DNA of 47,862 bases from Candidatus Woesebacteria bacterium (lineage in GTDB: Bacteria > Patescibacteriota > Microgenomatia > UBA1400 > UBA12028). The number at the start of each line of letters is the position of its first letter. The first letter of the stretch is position 1. Below are positions 17,710-27,899 of the stretch, one piece after another. The position numbers were made by a program, and so were the translations under genes. The stretch spans positions 108,613 through 156,474 of the forward strand of contig JBDTWD010000002.1 in assembly GCA_040006915.1 (NCBI GenBank), given 5' to 3'. The notes beneath the pieces were generated by a model that was not told where the DNA came from, did not search any database, and saw only the letters and a list, made by a program, of their open reading frames with translations.

Positions 17710-19035
17710 ATGAATCGGCGCCTGCTCACCACTACCTTCTCACTCGTCGTTATTGTGGCAGGTACTATCGCTGTTATTCGCTTTGCCAAAGGATACCGAC
17801 CGACCTCAACTGGGAATGTCCGTGCTACTGGACTGTTGGCCGCGAATTCTTTCCCCAATGGCGCCAGCGTGTATATTAACGGTGACTTAAAGACTGCTAC
17901 GGACACAACCTTAAATCTTGAACCAGGTGAATATGATATCGAAATCAAAAAAGATGGGTACACACCCTGGAAAAAGAAGATCCACATCGAAAAAGAACTT
18001 GTCACTCAAACCAATGCAGTCCTGTTCCCCATCGCACCCAGTTTGACTCCCCTGACATTCACTGGAGCCGCCAACATTACTCCCTCTCCTGATGGTCAAC
18101 AACTCCTCTTTACGACAGCTTCTGCTGCGGCCAGTAAAAGCAATGGGATTTATGTCATGAATTTAGCTGATAGCCCGATCTCACTGCAACGCGGTCCATT
18201 TCAAATCGCTCTATCAAGTACTAGCGTTGATTGGAGTAACAGTACCTTTGTCTGGTCTCCTGACTCTTCGCAAGTTATATTGAAGACCACTGGGAGAACG
18301 TACTTGCTTGTCACAAACAAGGTGAACAACTTAGATACTCTTCCCGATGTCACTGCTCGCCAATCGACTATTCTCTCGGAGTGGAACGATTTGTTTGAAA
18401 AAAAGTTCACCGCGGCTCTGGCTCTTTTCCCGAAAGAAATTGTTACAATCGCAACCCAGTCAGCTAAAAACATCTATGTCTCACCCGACCAAGAACGCCT
18501 TCTCTATACCGCAACGGCTAGTGCTCATCTCTCAGAGACCCTCCTTCCACCAGTCGTCGCTGCCAACTCACAAACTCAGTCACGCGACCTGATTGCTGGA
18601 AACACGTATGTCTATGACCGTACAGAAGATCGAAATTTTGAAGTGATCAAAGGAAAAGAAGTCGTACTCGTATCTCCATCTCCAACCCCAAAAACAGGGA
18701 TCGTACGTCGTGTCCTTCCCGTTGCTAGTCAGTCTGCAACACTCGCTCCAGTTTCAACCTTCATGGATACCTTGCTTGCCTTCCGCAACAAGACGTCAGG
18801 ATTGTTTACAGGATCTCCACAGTGGCTGCCTGACTCCAAACATATCATCGCAGCTACTCCAACTGGGATTAGTATCAGTGAATATGATGGGACGAACCGA
18901 ACCCCGATCTATGCAGGTCCATTTGAGAAGCAATTTGTCTATCCCTGGCCAAATGGGAGCAAGCTTATTATCTTAACGAACTTTAACCAGTCAGACTCCG
19001 GTGGGATTAACCTTTACGCTCTTGGGTTGAAATAA
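17710..19035 (+). CDS. PEGA-domain membrane-anchored protein with TolB/beta-propeller-like C-terminus
   Basis: N-terminal TM; NSFPNGASVYING...LEPGEYDIEIKKDGYTPW; repeated SPDG/WSPDS/WLPDS motifs. Confidence 0.85.
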   Translation: MNRRLLTTTFSLVVIVAGTIAVIRFAKGYRPTSTGNVRATGLLAANSFPNGASVYINGDLKTATDTTLNLEPGEYDIEIKKDGYTPWKKKIHIEKELVTQTNAVLFPIAPSLTPLTFTGAANITPSPDGQQLLFTTASAAASKSNGIYVMNLADSPISLQRGPFQIALSSTSVDWSNSTFVWSPDSSQVILKTTGRTYLLVTNKVNNLDTLPDVTARQSTILSEWNDLFEKKFTAALALFPKEIVTIATQSAKNIYVSPDQERLLYTATASAHLSETLLPPVVAANSQTQSRDLIAGNTYVYDRTEDRNFEVIKGKEVVLVSPSPTPKTGIVRRVLPVASQSATLAPVSTFMDTLLAFRNKTSGLFTGSPQWLPDSKHIIAATPTGISISEYDGTNRTPIYAGPFEKQFVYPWPNGSKLIILTNFNQSDSGGINLYALGLK

Positions 19036-19076
19036 GTTACTGCGTTAAACAAGAGCTCTTCGCTATCTAGATCGTG

Positions 19077-19148
19077 TGTCCCCGGTAGGAATCGAACCTA
19101 CATTAGAGATTTAGGAAACCTCTGTTCTATCCATTTAACTACGGGGAC
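19077..19148 (-). tRNA. trnR: tRNA-Arg(CCT)
   Basis: GTCCCCG/CGGGGAC acceptor, anticodon loop TTCCTAA, GGTTCGATTCC. Confidence 0.93.
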
Positions 19149-19160
19149 AAAAAACACGTG

Positions 19161-19232
19161 TCGGGGTGGTGGGAATTGAACCCACTATCTCCTGGTCCCG
19201 AACCAGGCATCCTACCGATGGACCACACCCCG
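19161..19232 (-). tRNA. trnP: tRNA-Pro(CGG)
   Basis: CGGGGTG/CACCCCG acceptor, CCTGG-TTCGGGA-CCAGG, GGTTCAATTCC. Confidence 0.93.
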
Positions 19233-19292
19233 CCTTCACAATCTCTTGATTATACCCTACCAGCTCGCCTTCTATCGAAGAAATGGAATGGA

Positions 19293-22200
19293 CTAGTGCC
19301 GTTTAGAGAATATCCCAGAATGAGAATTCATAGTTTTCCAGTCAGCCATCGTCTTTTGCCAAACTGGAGAAACAACTTCATGAGAAAACTCTCTAAGCAG
19401 CGCACGATCAATGCCTTTTATTCCCAATGATGTGAGATTTGCATAGAGATCTGCTTCTATCCGCACTTCGAAAGCTGATATATCACCTATCACCAGTTCA
19501 TTGGATCGGAATGAGCGGATGCTTTGACCATCTACGGAACCTGAAAGGCCTTGTTCTAGAGTGGTTTGAAGAAGCGATTCGACACTTTGCTTCATCGCCA
19601 TACTCTGTGCCTCTGTGAGGAGAGATGCATAGTCACTCAACACTCCAGTTTGAGAAATATCGCGGGTCAAAATACTATATGTTGGAGGAACCTCTCGAGA
19701 ATTCCACGGATTATCGGCTTTTTCTCCTCGAAGAGATCCAAAGGGAAAACTTTTCTCCCCTCTTGAATGCAATCCTTGAACGAGCGCTTCTCTTTGGACT
19801 CTGCCTTGAATAGTAGTGAGCCCTTCTTCTGAATTCTTCCAGCTCTGATCCAACAAGCGAGCAACAGAACGGGGATTCTGCAACATCCCTCGTACCCAGT
19901 CTTTGGTTTTCCCATCCAATAAAAGCTCTGATCCTAAACGATCGACTAATTCCTCTGTGTTTCCCCGGCTTTTATATCGACTCCAACGTCGTCTTTGCGC
20001 AATCCCTCGCATCCCAAGATACAACACGATACTCAACGGTATAGTCAGTTGTATCCCCTTTGCAATTGCTTCCTGTACATACCAACTATATGTTGCACTT
20101 TGTTCAATAGCGAATTGATCTTCAAGGTTTTGCATTATTTCGTCTGTAATAACAAATTTAGTCTCTCCATTGTTCTCGTTTGCCGCCTTATTTTGCAATT
20201 CCACCATCAGGCGTAATCGAGCATATTCATTGGTCGGATCTACTCCTTTTCCAGTTATATCTCCCCAGTTTTCGTAGTCATTTGAAAAAAAAGAAAGGTC
20301 ATACTCGCGCGTATCTATCCCAAGATAGGTTTTACCATTCTCATCAAGCTCAATGGTATTTAATGCCGATTGATCCGAAAATGCTTTATAGACAATATTC
20401 CGCATCCAAGCAATCATAATCTGATTTTTATATGGCGCTCGTAAAAAACACTGGATGATTCCCTCATCTTTTTCAGTTGCCATACAATATTTATAGGTAC
20501 CGTCTTCTTGAGAATAGTTTTCATTACCAAAAGCCCTATCTTCAAATGGAAGAATTGTATTCAATTTCTTGGTAGTGTAATCATCCAGCAGGTTATTAAA
20601 ATCAGAAAGTGCACCATACGGGTCGTCCTCAAAATTCCCTTGCGAACGTGCTTCCAGGTATTCACGTATAGTTACACGTTCACCGTTCTTGAGTCGAACG
20701 TGGAGTGGCTTAAGTTCAGGAGTTTCTAAAATGTGATCGTATGGATACAGTAAATAAATTTCTTGCATCATGTCTGGAAACTTTTGATCCATGGAATCAA
20801 TAAAAACGGGAATTTTTTCCAGGGGCGCGTTTCGTGCGATCGTGTCTAGTTGCACAAATGCGTCTGCTATGTCTAACAGTTTCTGGTCGCTCGTCATTTC
20901 TTGGATATTCTTGACAATTTCCGGTGTGAATTCCGCAGATCTATGTAGTCTAACCAAGGTGTAATACTCAAAATATAATCGTTCGATCAAATTCTCTGAG
21001 AAGTTATATTTTGCCAATCTCTCTTTCACTGTCTCGTACGGAAAAATTGGGTTCTCCAGACTCTCAGGATAAAAAGAGGACTTAACAAGATTCATATCTC
21101 TTGGGTACGCTCCTGACTGGAATGAGACATGGTAGGTCTTTCCTCCCACTTGTTCAGCTGGAAGATCGAGTACAAGGTATCTCGTAAATTCCCTCTGATG
21201 CCGATCAGATTGATATTTTTCGACTCGAAACGGCAGGTCAATTCCTTCTTTTGTCTGGACATGAATTGAGGAAAGGAGAATTGAACTGTACTGCTGTATA
21301 TTAAAAACCGGAAGCATGTTCGTTCCGTCAGGAACAAACATATCATAAGAGGAAGTCGTCCAGAATTCTCCTAGCTTAGGCATAAAATCACCTGAAGGGT
21401 TAACACGAGTTCCAAGTGTGGTATGCGCTGTTCCATTCGCTTCCAGCGAAATAAATCCTACTGGCACGCTAAAGTCCTCTTCTGTGTATCCTACAAAAGG
21501 AGGGACTGCCTCTACATTTTTCACCTTCCAGTAATCTCTTAGAGGCTGTAAAAGGGGATACTCATTTTCCAGATAATTTCCATATGAATCTGGTATCGGT
21601 TGTGATGATACTCTTTCTAAAGGAATCTCTGTCTCTTGAAACACACTCGGGTATTTTAATACTTCTGGAGATGGCTCATATACCCAATCGATGATCGGCC
21701 TATGTTCATTGGGAGCACTAATCTCGGTACTCGTTGAATTTGCGTCAGCCACCCCTGCTCCAATACTATTAAAGGCTGCGAGTTCTTTGCCTGTTAGTTC
21801 ATCTGTACGTGGAGCACTCGTAACATCCAGGTTAAGTTTCTCACCATTGGGTCCATACGCGACAGTTCGCATGTGTGCAGTGTTTCCTCGAATCAGATTG
21901 GTATCACTACTATAAATTCCACCTACAACATTCCCGCTTTCAAGTACAACAGACCAATGAGATTGAAGCTGTAGATATGAGAATGCTAGCTGAGCTGCAC
22001 CATTGCGACGATTGCATTCCCCTGCTCCAACGCTTGGAGTATTTGGAGGAAGGCCCAAATCATCCTGGAACGTGCCATAAAAGAGTCCGTAGAATGCTTC
22101 TACTCTTTGGCTTGAATCGATGACGTTATTGGCAATAGCGTTGTTCACATACAGCCATTGATCATCTTTAGAATTAAAAGAGTAACTTCCAAAAGAGTTG

Positions 22201-24353
22201 AACCAGTGTTGGACTGATACCAATTTTTCTTGATCAGTTTTTGAGGTATCACTATTCAAACTTGTGATCAAATTTTGTAAATCCACTGGCAGAATCTCAA
22301 ACGGAGCCAAATCCTCCTGATCATTAATTCCTTCTTTAGGAATACTCAGCACTTGTCGACGCCCATACGAATAATCTAGCTGTACAGAAATATGGTTTTT
22401 ATTTTGAGCCAGCCAATCTTTGTCTTCGGGACCCAAGAGCGCACGCGCATACATTTCCGGACCACTAGGAGAAGTGAGGAGCTCAATCGGATATTGTCCG
22501 ATAAACGTATTGTCGTCAGTGCTGTATACCAAGACAGATCCAGATGTTGGAACCATATCTGTAGTAACTGGAACCTCCATCCAAGCATCAGATACCATAT
22601 CTCTTTTCCCGATCAGTTCGTTTGGCAGTGCAGTATCACTGCTAGGGTTTACGGGCGGTAAGACTGTTCCCTTCATCTCTGTAGTTGGCTGAAAATGACG
22701 AAATCCTCCACTAACCATATTAATTGAAGTGTAGGTATTGGTGATAAAGAAATCTGGTTGCACCTCCCAAGCTGAAGGCATTTCCCATAGAACGCTGGCT
22801 GCCATCTGTGGATACCCTTCGATTGATACGGAGCCTGGAACAAAGTCACCTGCCAGCCCATCTTGAGCGGGGTGTGTAAGATCCGCATCGGTCAGAGGTT
22901 TCAACACTTTATCTTTCGCATCTTCAGCTTTCCGTTCCAGAATTTCCGTTAACGAACTTTGAGATAAGCTTGATACCTCTTCACCTCCTTGAGTACTTTC
23001 GCTGCCTGACTCGACACTCCCAGATAAATTTAATGAACTGATCGTACTCACCATGTCTGGTAAGTGAGATATCGTTGAGGCAGACTGTCGGACCAAATCA
23101 AGAGTTTTTTTAACTATCTCTGGAGCATTGGGAATTTGTGACGCAAGTGCGACTGCCAAGAGAGCCAAAATTACCTTCTTGGGGAGCTTGCGGGTCTTTT
23201 TCCCTGTTTTTTCCGTACTCGTTTGGCCCTTCTGTATTTCAGTCTCCGGATATCCTTGGATAAAATCCATGTAGGAATCCAAGAATGCAGTGGAGAGCGA
23301 GTGTGACTCGGTGTTTCCAGTTCGTACATCTGCATGGATTTCCCGAGCCAAGGCAGGAGCCAGCTTCCCTTGTGAAACTAAAGAAAACAGAAACGTGGCG
23401 ATGGCCTTTTGAAATTCAATTTGGGTTGGAAAGCGTGCACGCAACTCCAGAATCGTTGCATCAATTTGATGATAAACATCTGTAGCTTGAAAGAATTCCC
23501 CATCAAAATCTTGGAGACTCTCTTTTCTTCTTCCCGAAAATTCTGGATTGCCTGCTGTCATATCCAGATGGAGAATTGAAGTGAACAGTGACGACTTGGA
23601 GAGAGTCCCAAGTACCTGAGAACAAATACTTTGGACATCTCTCATCGACTTTCCATTCAAGCTCCCAATCAGTGCTAGCGATTCAGCTCCCACTACATCG
23701 TGCAAAAGAAGCACTTCCCCATCTAAACTGAGAGTACAGCTGTTCCAAAGCGTCACAATGTTTTTGGCTTGTTCTTGGGTTGTAACGGAAGCTAATGCAT
23801 CATGAAGCTTGAGAATTGAAGAAACCCAAGCTCGAACGGTTTCGCTTTTGATTTCGTTTTCAGTGAGCAACGCCCGAATCTCAGGTATGTAGGACAATTG
23901 CTCTTGTACCTGAATTTGCACGTTTCGCACTTTTTCGGTTTTTTTGCTCTCGCTAAAAGCGTTTTTACGCAAGTATAGGAGTTCCCCATGCACTTGTTTT
24001 TGTTCTTCATCGGTTTGTATCCGTAGATCCGAGAGAACGGTCTTGAGCTGTTCAACGGAAAGTGTGTGAATTTTCACAACCCCACCTCTTGGGAGTTCAA
24101 CCTCAAAGTTCTCCCATTCTTTTTGCGCATTCTTTGAGAAAAACGGCAAAGAACTCCTCCCAAAGAGAGTCGGTTCATCGGCAAACAGTGCATATACTTC
24201 AAGACCCATCTCTGTAGGGAGGGGAGAAGAAACGGGAAGACGTGAGAGTAGTGAACGAATGTATACCGATTTTAACTCCAACCATCGACTCACATCTAGG
24301 AGTGAGTCTTTGCGAGAGTGCGTAATTTCAGAATATCCAGTAAGCTCTTTCAT
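19293..24353 (-). CDS. Giant two-TM protein with a transglutaminase-like domain
   Basis: TMs KKVILALLAVALA and LTIPLSIVLYLGM; between them GSYS...GAGECNRRNGAA...AHMRTVAY...NLDVT (Cys-His-Asp order of the TGase-like fold). Confidence 0.6.
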   Translation of the reverse strand: MKELTGYSEITHSRKDSLLDVSRWLELKSVYIRSLLSRLPVSSPLPTEMGLEVYALFADEPTLFGRSSLPFFSKNAQKEWENFEVELPRGGVVKIHTLSVEQLKTVLSDLRIQTDEEQKQVHGELLYLRKNAFSESKKTEKVRNVQIQVQEQLSYIPEIRALLTENEIKSETVRAWVSSILKLHDALASVTTQEQAKNIVTLWNSCTLSLDGEVLLLHDVVGAESLALIGSLNGKSMRDVQSICSQVLGTLSKSSLFTSILHLDMTAGNPEFSGRRKESLQDFDGEFFQATDVYHQIDATILELRARFPTQIEFQKAIATFLFSLVSQGKLAPALAREIHADVRTGNTESHSLSTAFLDSYMDFIQGYPETEIQKGQTSTEKTGKKTRKLPKKVILALLAVALASQIPNAPEIVKKTLDLVRQSASTISHLPDMVSTISSLNLSGSVESGSESTQGGEEVSSLSQSSLTEILERKAEDAKDKVLKPLTDADLTHPAQDGLAGDFVPGSVSIEGYPQMAASVLWEMPSAWEVQPDFFITNTYTSINMVSGGFRHFQPTTEMKGTVLPPVNPSSDTALPNELIGKRDMVSDAWMEVPVTTDMVPTSGSVLVYSTDDNTFIGQYPIELLTSPSGPEMYARALLGPEDKDWLAQNKNHISVQLDYSYGRRQVLSIPKEGINDQEDLAPFEILPVDLQNLITSLNSDTSKTDQEKLVSVQHWFNSFGSYSFNSKDDQWLYVNNAIANNVIDSSQRVEAFYGLFYGTFQDDLGLPPNTPSVGAGECNRRNGAAQLAFSYLQLQSHWSVVLESGNVVGGIYSSDTNLIRGNTAHMRTVAYGPNGEKLNLDVTSAPRTDELTGKELAAFNSIGAGVADANSTSTEISAPNEHRPIIDWVYEPSPEVLKYPSVFQETEIPLERVSSQPIPDSYGNYLENEYPLLQPLRDYWKVKNVEAVPPFVGYTEEDFSVPVGFISLEANGTAHTTLGTRVNPSGDFMPKLGEFWTTSSYDMFVPDGTNMLPVFNIQQYSSILLSSIHVQTKEGIDLPFRVEKYQSDRHQREFTRYLVLDLPAEQVGGKTYHVSFQSGAYPRDMNLVKSSFYPESLENPIFPYETVKERLAKYNFSENLIERLYFEYYTLVRLHRSAEFTPEIVKNIQEMTSDQKLLDIADAFVQLDTIARNAPLEKIPVFIDSMDQKFPDMMQEIYLLYPYDHILETPELKPLHVRLKNGERVTIREYLEARSQGNFEDDPYGALSDFNNLLDDYTTKKLNTILPFEDRAFGNENYSQEDGTYKYCMATEKDEGIIQCFLRAPYKNQIMIAWMRNIVYKAFSDQSALNTIELDENGKTYLGIDTREYDLSFFSNDYENWGDITGKGVDPTNEYARLRLMVELQNKAANENNGETKFVITDEIMQNLEDQFAIEQSATYSWYVQEAIAKGIQLTIPLSIVLYLGMRGIAQRRRWSRYKSRGNTEELVDRLGSELLLDGKTKDWVRGMLQNPRSVARLLDQSWKNSEEGLTTIQGRVQREALVQGLHSRGEKSFPFGSLRGEKADNPWNSREVPPTYSILTRDISQTGVLSDYASLLTEAQSMAMKQSVESLLQTTLEQGLSGSVDGQSIRSFRSNELVIGDISAFEVRIEADLYANLTSLGIKGIDRALLREFSHEVVSPVWQKTMADWKTMNSHSGIFSKRH

Positions 24354-24362
24354 AGGTATGTG

Positions 24363-25004
24363 TTATGGCTGCCAGAAGAAATATCCTGACGGGTCATATC
24401 CCACAATCCGTGGTTCGTTTCCCTCAAAAATTGTTTGATCAAGAGAAATTTTCGTGGCATCTGTGGGTTTACGCGCCAATACCAAAACAACCTCGCCAGT
24501 CCGTATATGTTGGAGTCCTTTCTCCAACGCAACTTCTGAAAGGGCTCGATCATCGTGGAACAGTTGTTGAAACGAATTCTCACCTTCTGTTGCCAACCGA
24601 TAGCCCACTCTTCCGTTCTCCATCGTTGTAGAGATATTCATCTGCTGTACGGTGGAATGCTCACTTACCTTCTCAATCTGAGAGGAAAAAGCTGTCGAGG
24701 CACCGCGTGCTAGCGGCAGCGTATTCACGAGAAAAAATCTGTCCGTGACGTCTCGTTTTCCTTCGTTGTTTGGAGGAGCGACAATGCGATCCCGATTTGA
24801 TCCTGCAGCCCGCATCTTTGCGAGTACATTCAATCGTCCTAACAAATTACTTCGAATACCAGAACTAAATGGAAGGACATCTGTGTCTTCTGCCAACGTT
24901 GTATCGCCTAAACGGCGTGTGGTTTGGAGAATCTGAAGCAATCTAGAAATCGCTTCCTCATGAGAATGGAAATCTCGCTCACCGTTTATGTTTGCCTCAG
25001 CCAT
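24363..25004 (-). CDS. Hypothetical protein (positional DUF58/VWA-like partner)
   Basis: Overlaps the AAA gene by 19 nt and ends 9 nt before the giant gene; no clear motif. Confidence 0.55.
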   Translation of the reverse strand: MAEANINGERDFHSHEEAISRLLQILQTTRRLGDTTLAEDTDVLPFSSGIRSNLLGRLNVLAKMRAAGSNRDRIVAPPNNEGKRDVTDRFFLVNTLPLARGASTAFSSQIEKVSEHSTVQQMNISTTMENGRVGYRLATEGENSFQQLFHDDRALSEVALEKGLQHIRTGEVVLVLARKPTDATKISLDQTIFEGNEPRIVGYDPSGYFFWQP

Positions 25005-27187
25005 AAGGCTCCCGTCTTACCATCAGGAGTACGGACAGTGACAGTAACACCAAATTGCTTCTGTGAAAAATCCTCAATTTGGACTCCAGCTGGGATTCCT
25101 ATAAGTCCCAAAGGTGCAGCATGGGTTGTAGAACTATGTGACCATAAAGTGTGTTCTGAAGCTTCATCATCACTTGCCCCTTTTCTTCGTCGCTCAATAT
25201 GGGTTATTCCATTGGCCGTATCAGCATGTATCTCTCCATTTCCAATCTTTTCCTGACCTTCGAGAATATAGACTGGATTCACCACTGATGCCCCGGCCTT
25301 CGCCGGCAAGAGTTCCCGAGAAAATTGAGATAAAACATATTCATCACCGAGTTTATGAATTGCTATGAAAGTATTTTCTCCTGCCCAAGCGGCATGAAGT
25401 ACTTCATCAGAAATATGATATTCCCGTCGCTCCAATACTGCATCTTGTGTGCGAACATTTTCTTTCATATGAATAATTTGTGAAGTCGGCAAATCAAAAA
25501 GAGTCAAATTTTTCCCTTCCGCTGTTGTTAAGGCAGCAGTTTGTCCAGTTGCCGAGATTCCACTTACCCGAGTCACACCTTTTGCCAATAGGTCAGAAGA
25601 CACTTCTGTATCTATCACGACTTCCCCTGTCTGATTATTGTTCAAACGGAATCTATCTCCCACTATATCCCCTTCAAATAATCCTTGCGTCCCTGCATTT
25701 GCACCTGAAGAGTTTTCTATCAGTTGAGCACCAAGGGTTGGCTCACCGATAAACTCTTTGTTCATCATCCAATTTAGCTCGGCTAAAGAAAGCCCATCTT
25801 GAAATGATGCTGCATCAAATATTCCCAAGGTACGAATATGTTGAGAATGATTATGGGTACGATTAAACTGCCGATAGGCATCGATTGCGCCCTCTGTAGA
25901 TCCCAGTACTTCTGAAAGCGCTTTATCAAAATCTACTTGTTTTGCTCCAGTCATTTTGGCACATATTTCTACAAGCACATTGGTATTGAACGCAAAATCA
26001 CGATGCCTCCCCATTGATTCCCAGGTCAAAATAAATTTTGCCAATGTGTGCTCATTTTTGGGACTCAAAAGCGATGCTCCATTTTCATCGCTGGTTAAGA
26101 CCCGTGCCTGGAAAATAAGATCTGCAATATTTGGATCTTGGCGAACTTCCAAAAAGCGTCTTCTGATATGAGGAGCCAAGTTTTCTTGATAATTAGCGGT
26201 AGCTAAAACGATCAGCTCTGGGCTCACTTGGATTTCTTTTCCTGCCACCGTAATAACCGTTTCTTCGTTCCTAGGTTTTAACAATTCTTCAAGTCCTGTT
26301 CCCCACTCTCCTACGAGAGTGCTCACTTTATCGATCTCATCAATGACAACAATAGAACCCTCGCGCGCGGCTTTCGCTAAAACTCCTTCAATAGAAGTTG
26401 CCAAACCTGCAGCTACCTCGCTTACCTCCTGCCCCTGAAAATACGATAGAACAGCCTCCGTTGAGAGATGAACGTATGACTGTATTTCTTCAAGTGAAAT
26501 ATCTCTATCCTCTGGGCCTAAATCTTCTCCGACCTCTCTCTTGGTCATCGCTGCTAAAAGAATCAGTGATTTCTCTCTTCGTTCTCTAGCAACTGGAATT
26601 CCACGAACTTGTTCCGCTAGGTTCTGGAACAAAAACTTGGCGACACTTTCGCTAACCTGAGATTCATCTCCTTTACTCTCCTCCACTATTTTATTGAGCG
26701 CGTTCACTGCATTCGCCGAAGGAGTTTCTCTTTTGGTAAGGAGCGGAAGACTGATAAGATCAGTAGAACCCGCTTGTGGATCTGTCGTAATATGAATAAT
26801 TGCTTGTCCCTCTTTTCGCAGTCTGTGCGCGACAGACATGGCTAACATGGTTTTCCCAATTCCGGGTGGACCAAAAAAAAGTGATCCGATACGTGTCTTT
26901 TCCTTAATCTGTCTGGTTGTCTCTTCGACCGCTCGCTCTTGCAAGGGGGATAAAATTGCATCGAAGGTTTTTATACGCTCTTTTTCGTGAAGGATCCACG
27001 CTTTCTCAAATGTCCGTACAGCTTCTGGGTACGCAGCAAGATGTTCATCTATTCGCGCACACGCTTGGCTTTGCTCCTCAACCGACAGCTCTCCAGCAAG
27101 CAGGTTTTCCCAATCGACAAGAAGCGATGAAGATATAGTCTCTTGAGAAGAAAAATGTTCTTGGGATGGAAAATTATCGTGGTCCAT
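24986..27187 (-). CDS. MoxR/AAA_5-like AAA+ ATPase with a large insertion and a C-terminal beta-rich domain
   Basis: Walker A GPPGIGKT, Walker B VVIDE, sensor-1 VLATAN, Arg finger HIRRRF. Confidence 0.8.
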   Translation of the reverse strand: MDHDNFPSQEHFSSQETISSSLLVDWENLLAGELSVEEQSQACARIDEHLAAYPEAVRTFEKAWILHEKERIKTFDAILSPLQERAVEETTRQIKEKTRIGSLFFGPPGIGKTMLAMSVAHRLRKEGQAIIHITTDPQAGSTDLISLPLLTKRETPSANAVNALNKIVEESKGDESQVSESVAKFLFQNLAEQVRGIPVARERREKSLILLAAMTKREVGEDLGPEDRDISLEEIQSYVHLSTEAVLSYFQGQEVSEVAAGLATSIEGVLAKAAREGSIVVIDEIDKVSTLVGEWGTGLEELLKPRNEETVITVAGKEIQVSPELIVLATANYQENLAPHIRRRFLEVRQDPNIADLIFQARVLTSDENGASLLSPKNEHTLAKFILTWESMGRHRDFAFNTNVLVEICAKMTGAKQVDFDKALSEVLGSTEGAIDAYRQFNRTHNHSQHIRTLGIFDAASFQDGLSLAELNWMMNKEFIGEPTLGAQLIENSSGANAGTQGLFEGDIVGDRFRLNNNQTGEVVIDTEVSSDLLAKGVTRVSGISATGQTAALTTAEGKNLTLFDLPTSQIIHMKENVRTQDAVLERREYHISDEVLHAAWAGENTFIAIHKLGDEYVLSQFSRELLPAKAGASVVNPVYILEGQEKIGNGEIHADTANGITHIERRRKGASDDEASEHTLWSHSSTTHAAPLGLIGIPAGVQIEDFSQKQFGVTVTVRTPDGKTGALWLRQT

Positions 27188-27401
27188 TTGATGCCGTTCT
27201 ATGAATAATAGATAGCTCTTATCCTTTCAGAAATAGTCCTCTTTTTCAAGGTCGAGGTTCTTACCTTTTCAAGATTGAATGAAGATATGGGGATGCACTA
27301 GGATCAGAGTGCACCTGTCAAAGAAATTACGCATTGCGTTGACATATGCGGTCGATTTTCCAAATTCAGTTTTCTCTCAGACTGGGAAAAGAAGAGCTCC
27401 C

Positions 27402-27872
27402 CTAATTTAACTCTTCGTCAGAGTACACCAAAAAGTCCATGGCACTGACATATTGATACACTTCAGTTGGTTTGAAAATCAAACTTTTTTCTTTTTCGGC
27501 ATTTTCTGCTGAATCAGAAGCGTGAATCAAGTTATTGGATTGGCTCATAGCAAAATCACCGCGAACACTTCCTCCTTCAGCAGCTCTCCCTTTGGTTACT
27601 CCAATTAACTTACGAATGGTATCGACTGCCTCAACTCCCTCCCACACCATAGCGACAATTGGAGTCTTCATCATAAAGCCTTTCAGTGACGCAAAAAAAG
27701 GCTTTTCTGCATGATGTGCGTACCATTGATCCAAGATCGAATCATCTAAACGCATCATCTTGAGAGCAACCAACTTCAAGCCCTTCTCTTCAAATCGAGA
27801 AATAATTTTCCCAATTAAGCCACGTTGTAGCCCGTCAGGTTTTACCAAAACAATACTGTGTTCCATTGCCAT
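27402..27872 (-). CDS. ndk: Nucleoside diphosphate kinase
   Basis: VKPDGLQRGLIGKII.RFE, KPFF, GSVRGDF, NLIHASDS. Confidence 0.98.
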   Translation of the reverse strand: MAMEHSIVLVKPDGLQRGLIGKIISRFEEKGLKLVALKMMRLDDSILDQWYAHHAEKPFFASLKGFMMKTPIVAMVWEGVEAVDTIRKLIGVTKGRAAEGGSVRGDFAMSQSNNLIHASDSAENAEKEKSLIFKPTEVYQYVSAMDFLVYSDEELN

Positions 27873-27899
27873 AGAGAAACTCCTTTAATTTTTGAATAA

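Noticed and set aside
19077-27400. tRNA-anchored genomic island containing the AAA/TGase operon
   Set aside because: The operon lies 5' of the tRNAs; no duplicated tRNA 3' end or integrase seen.
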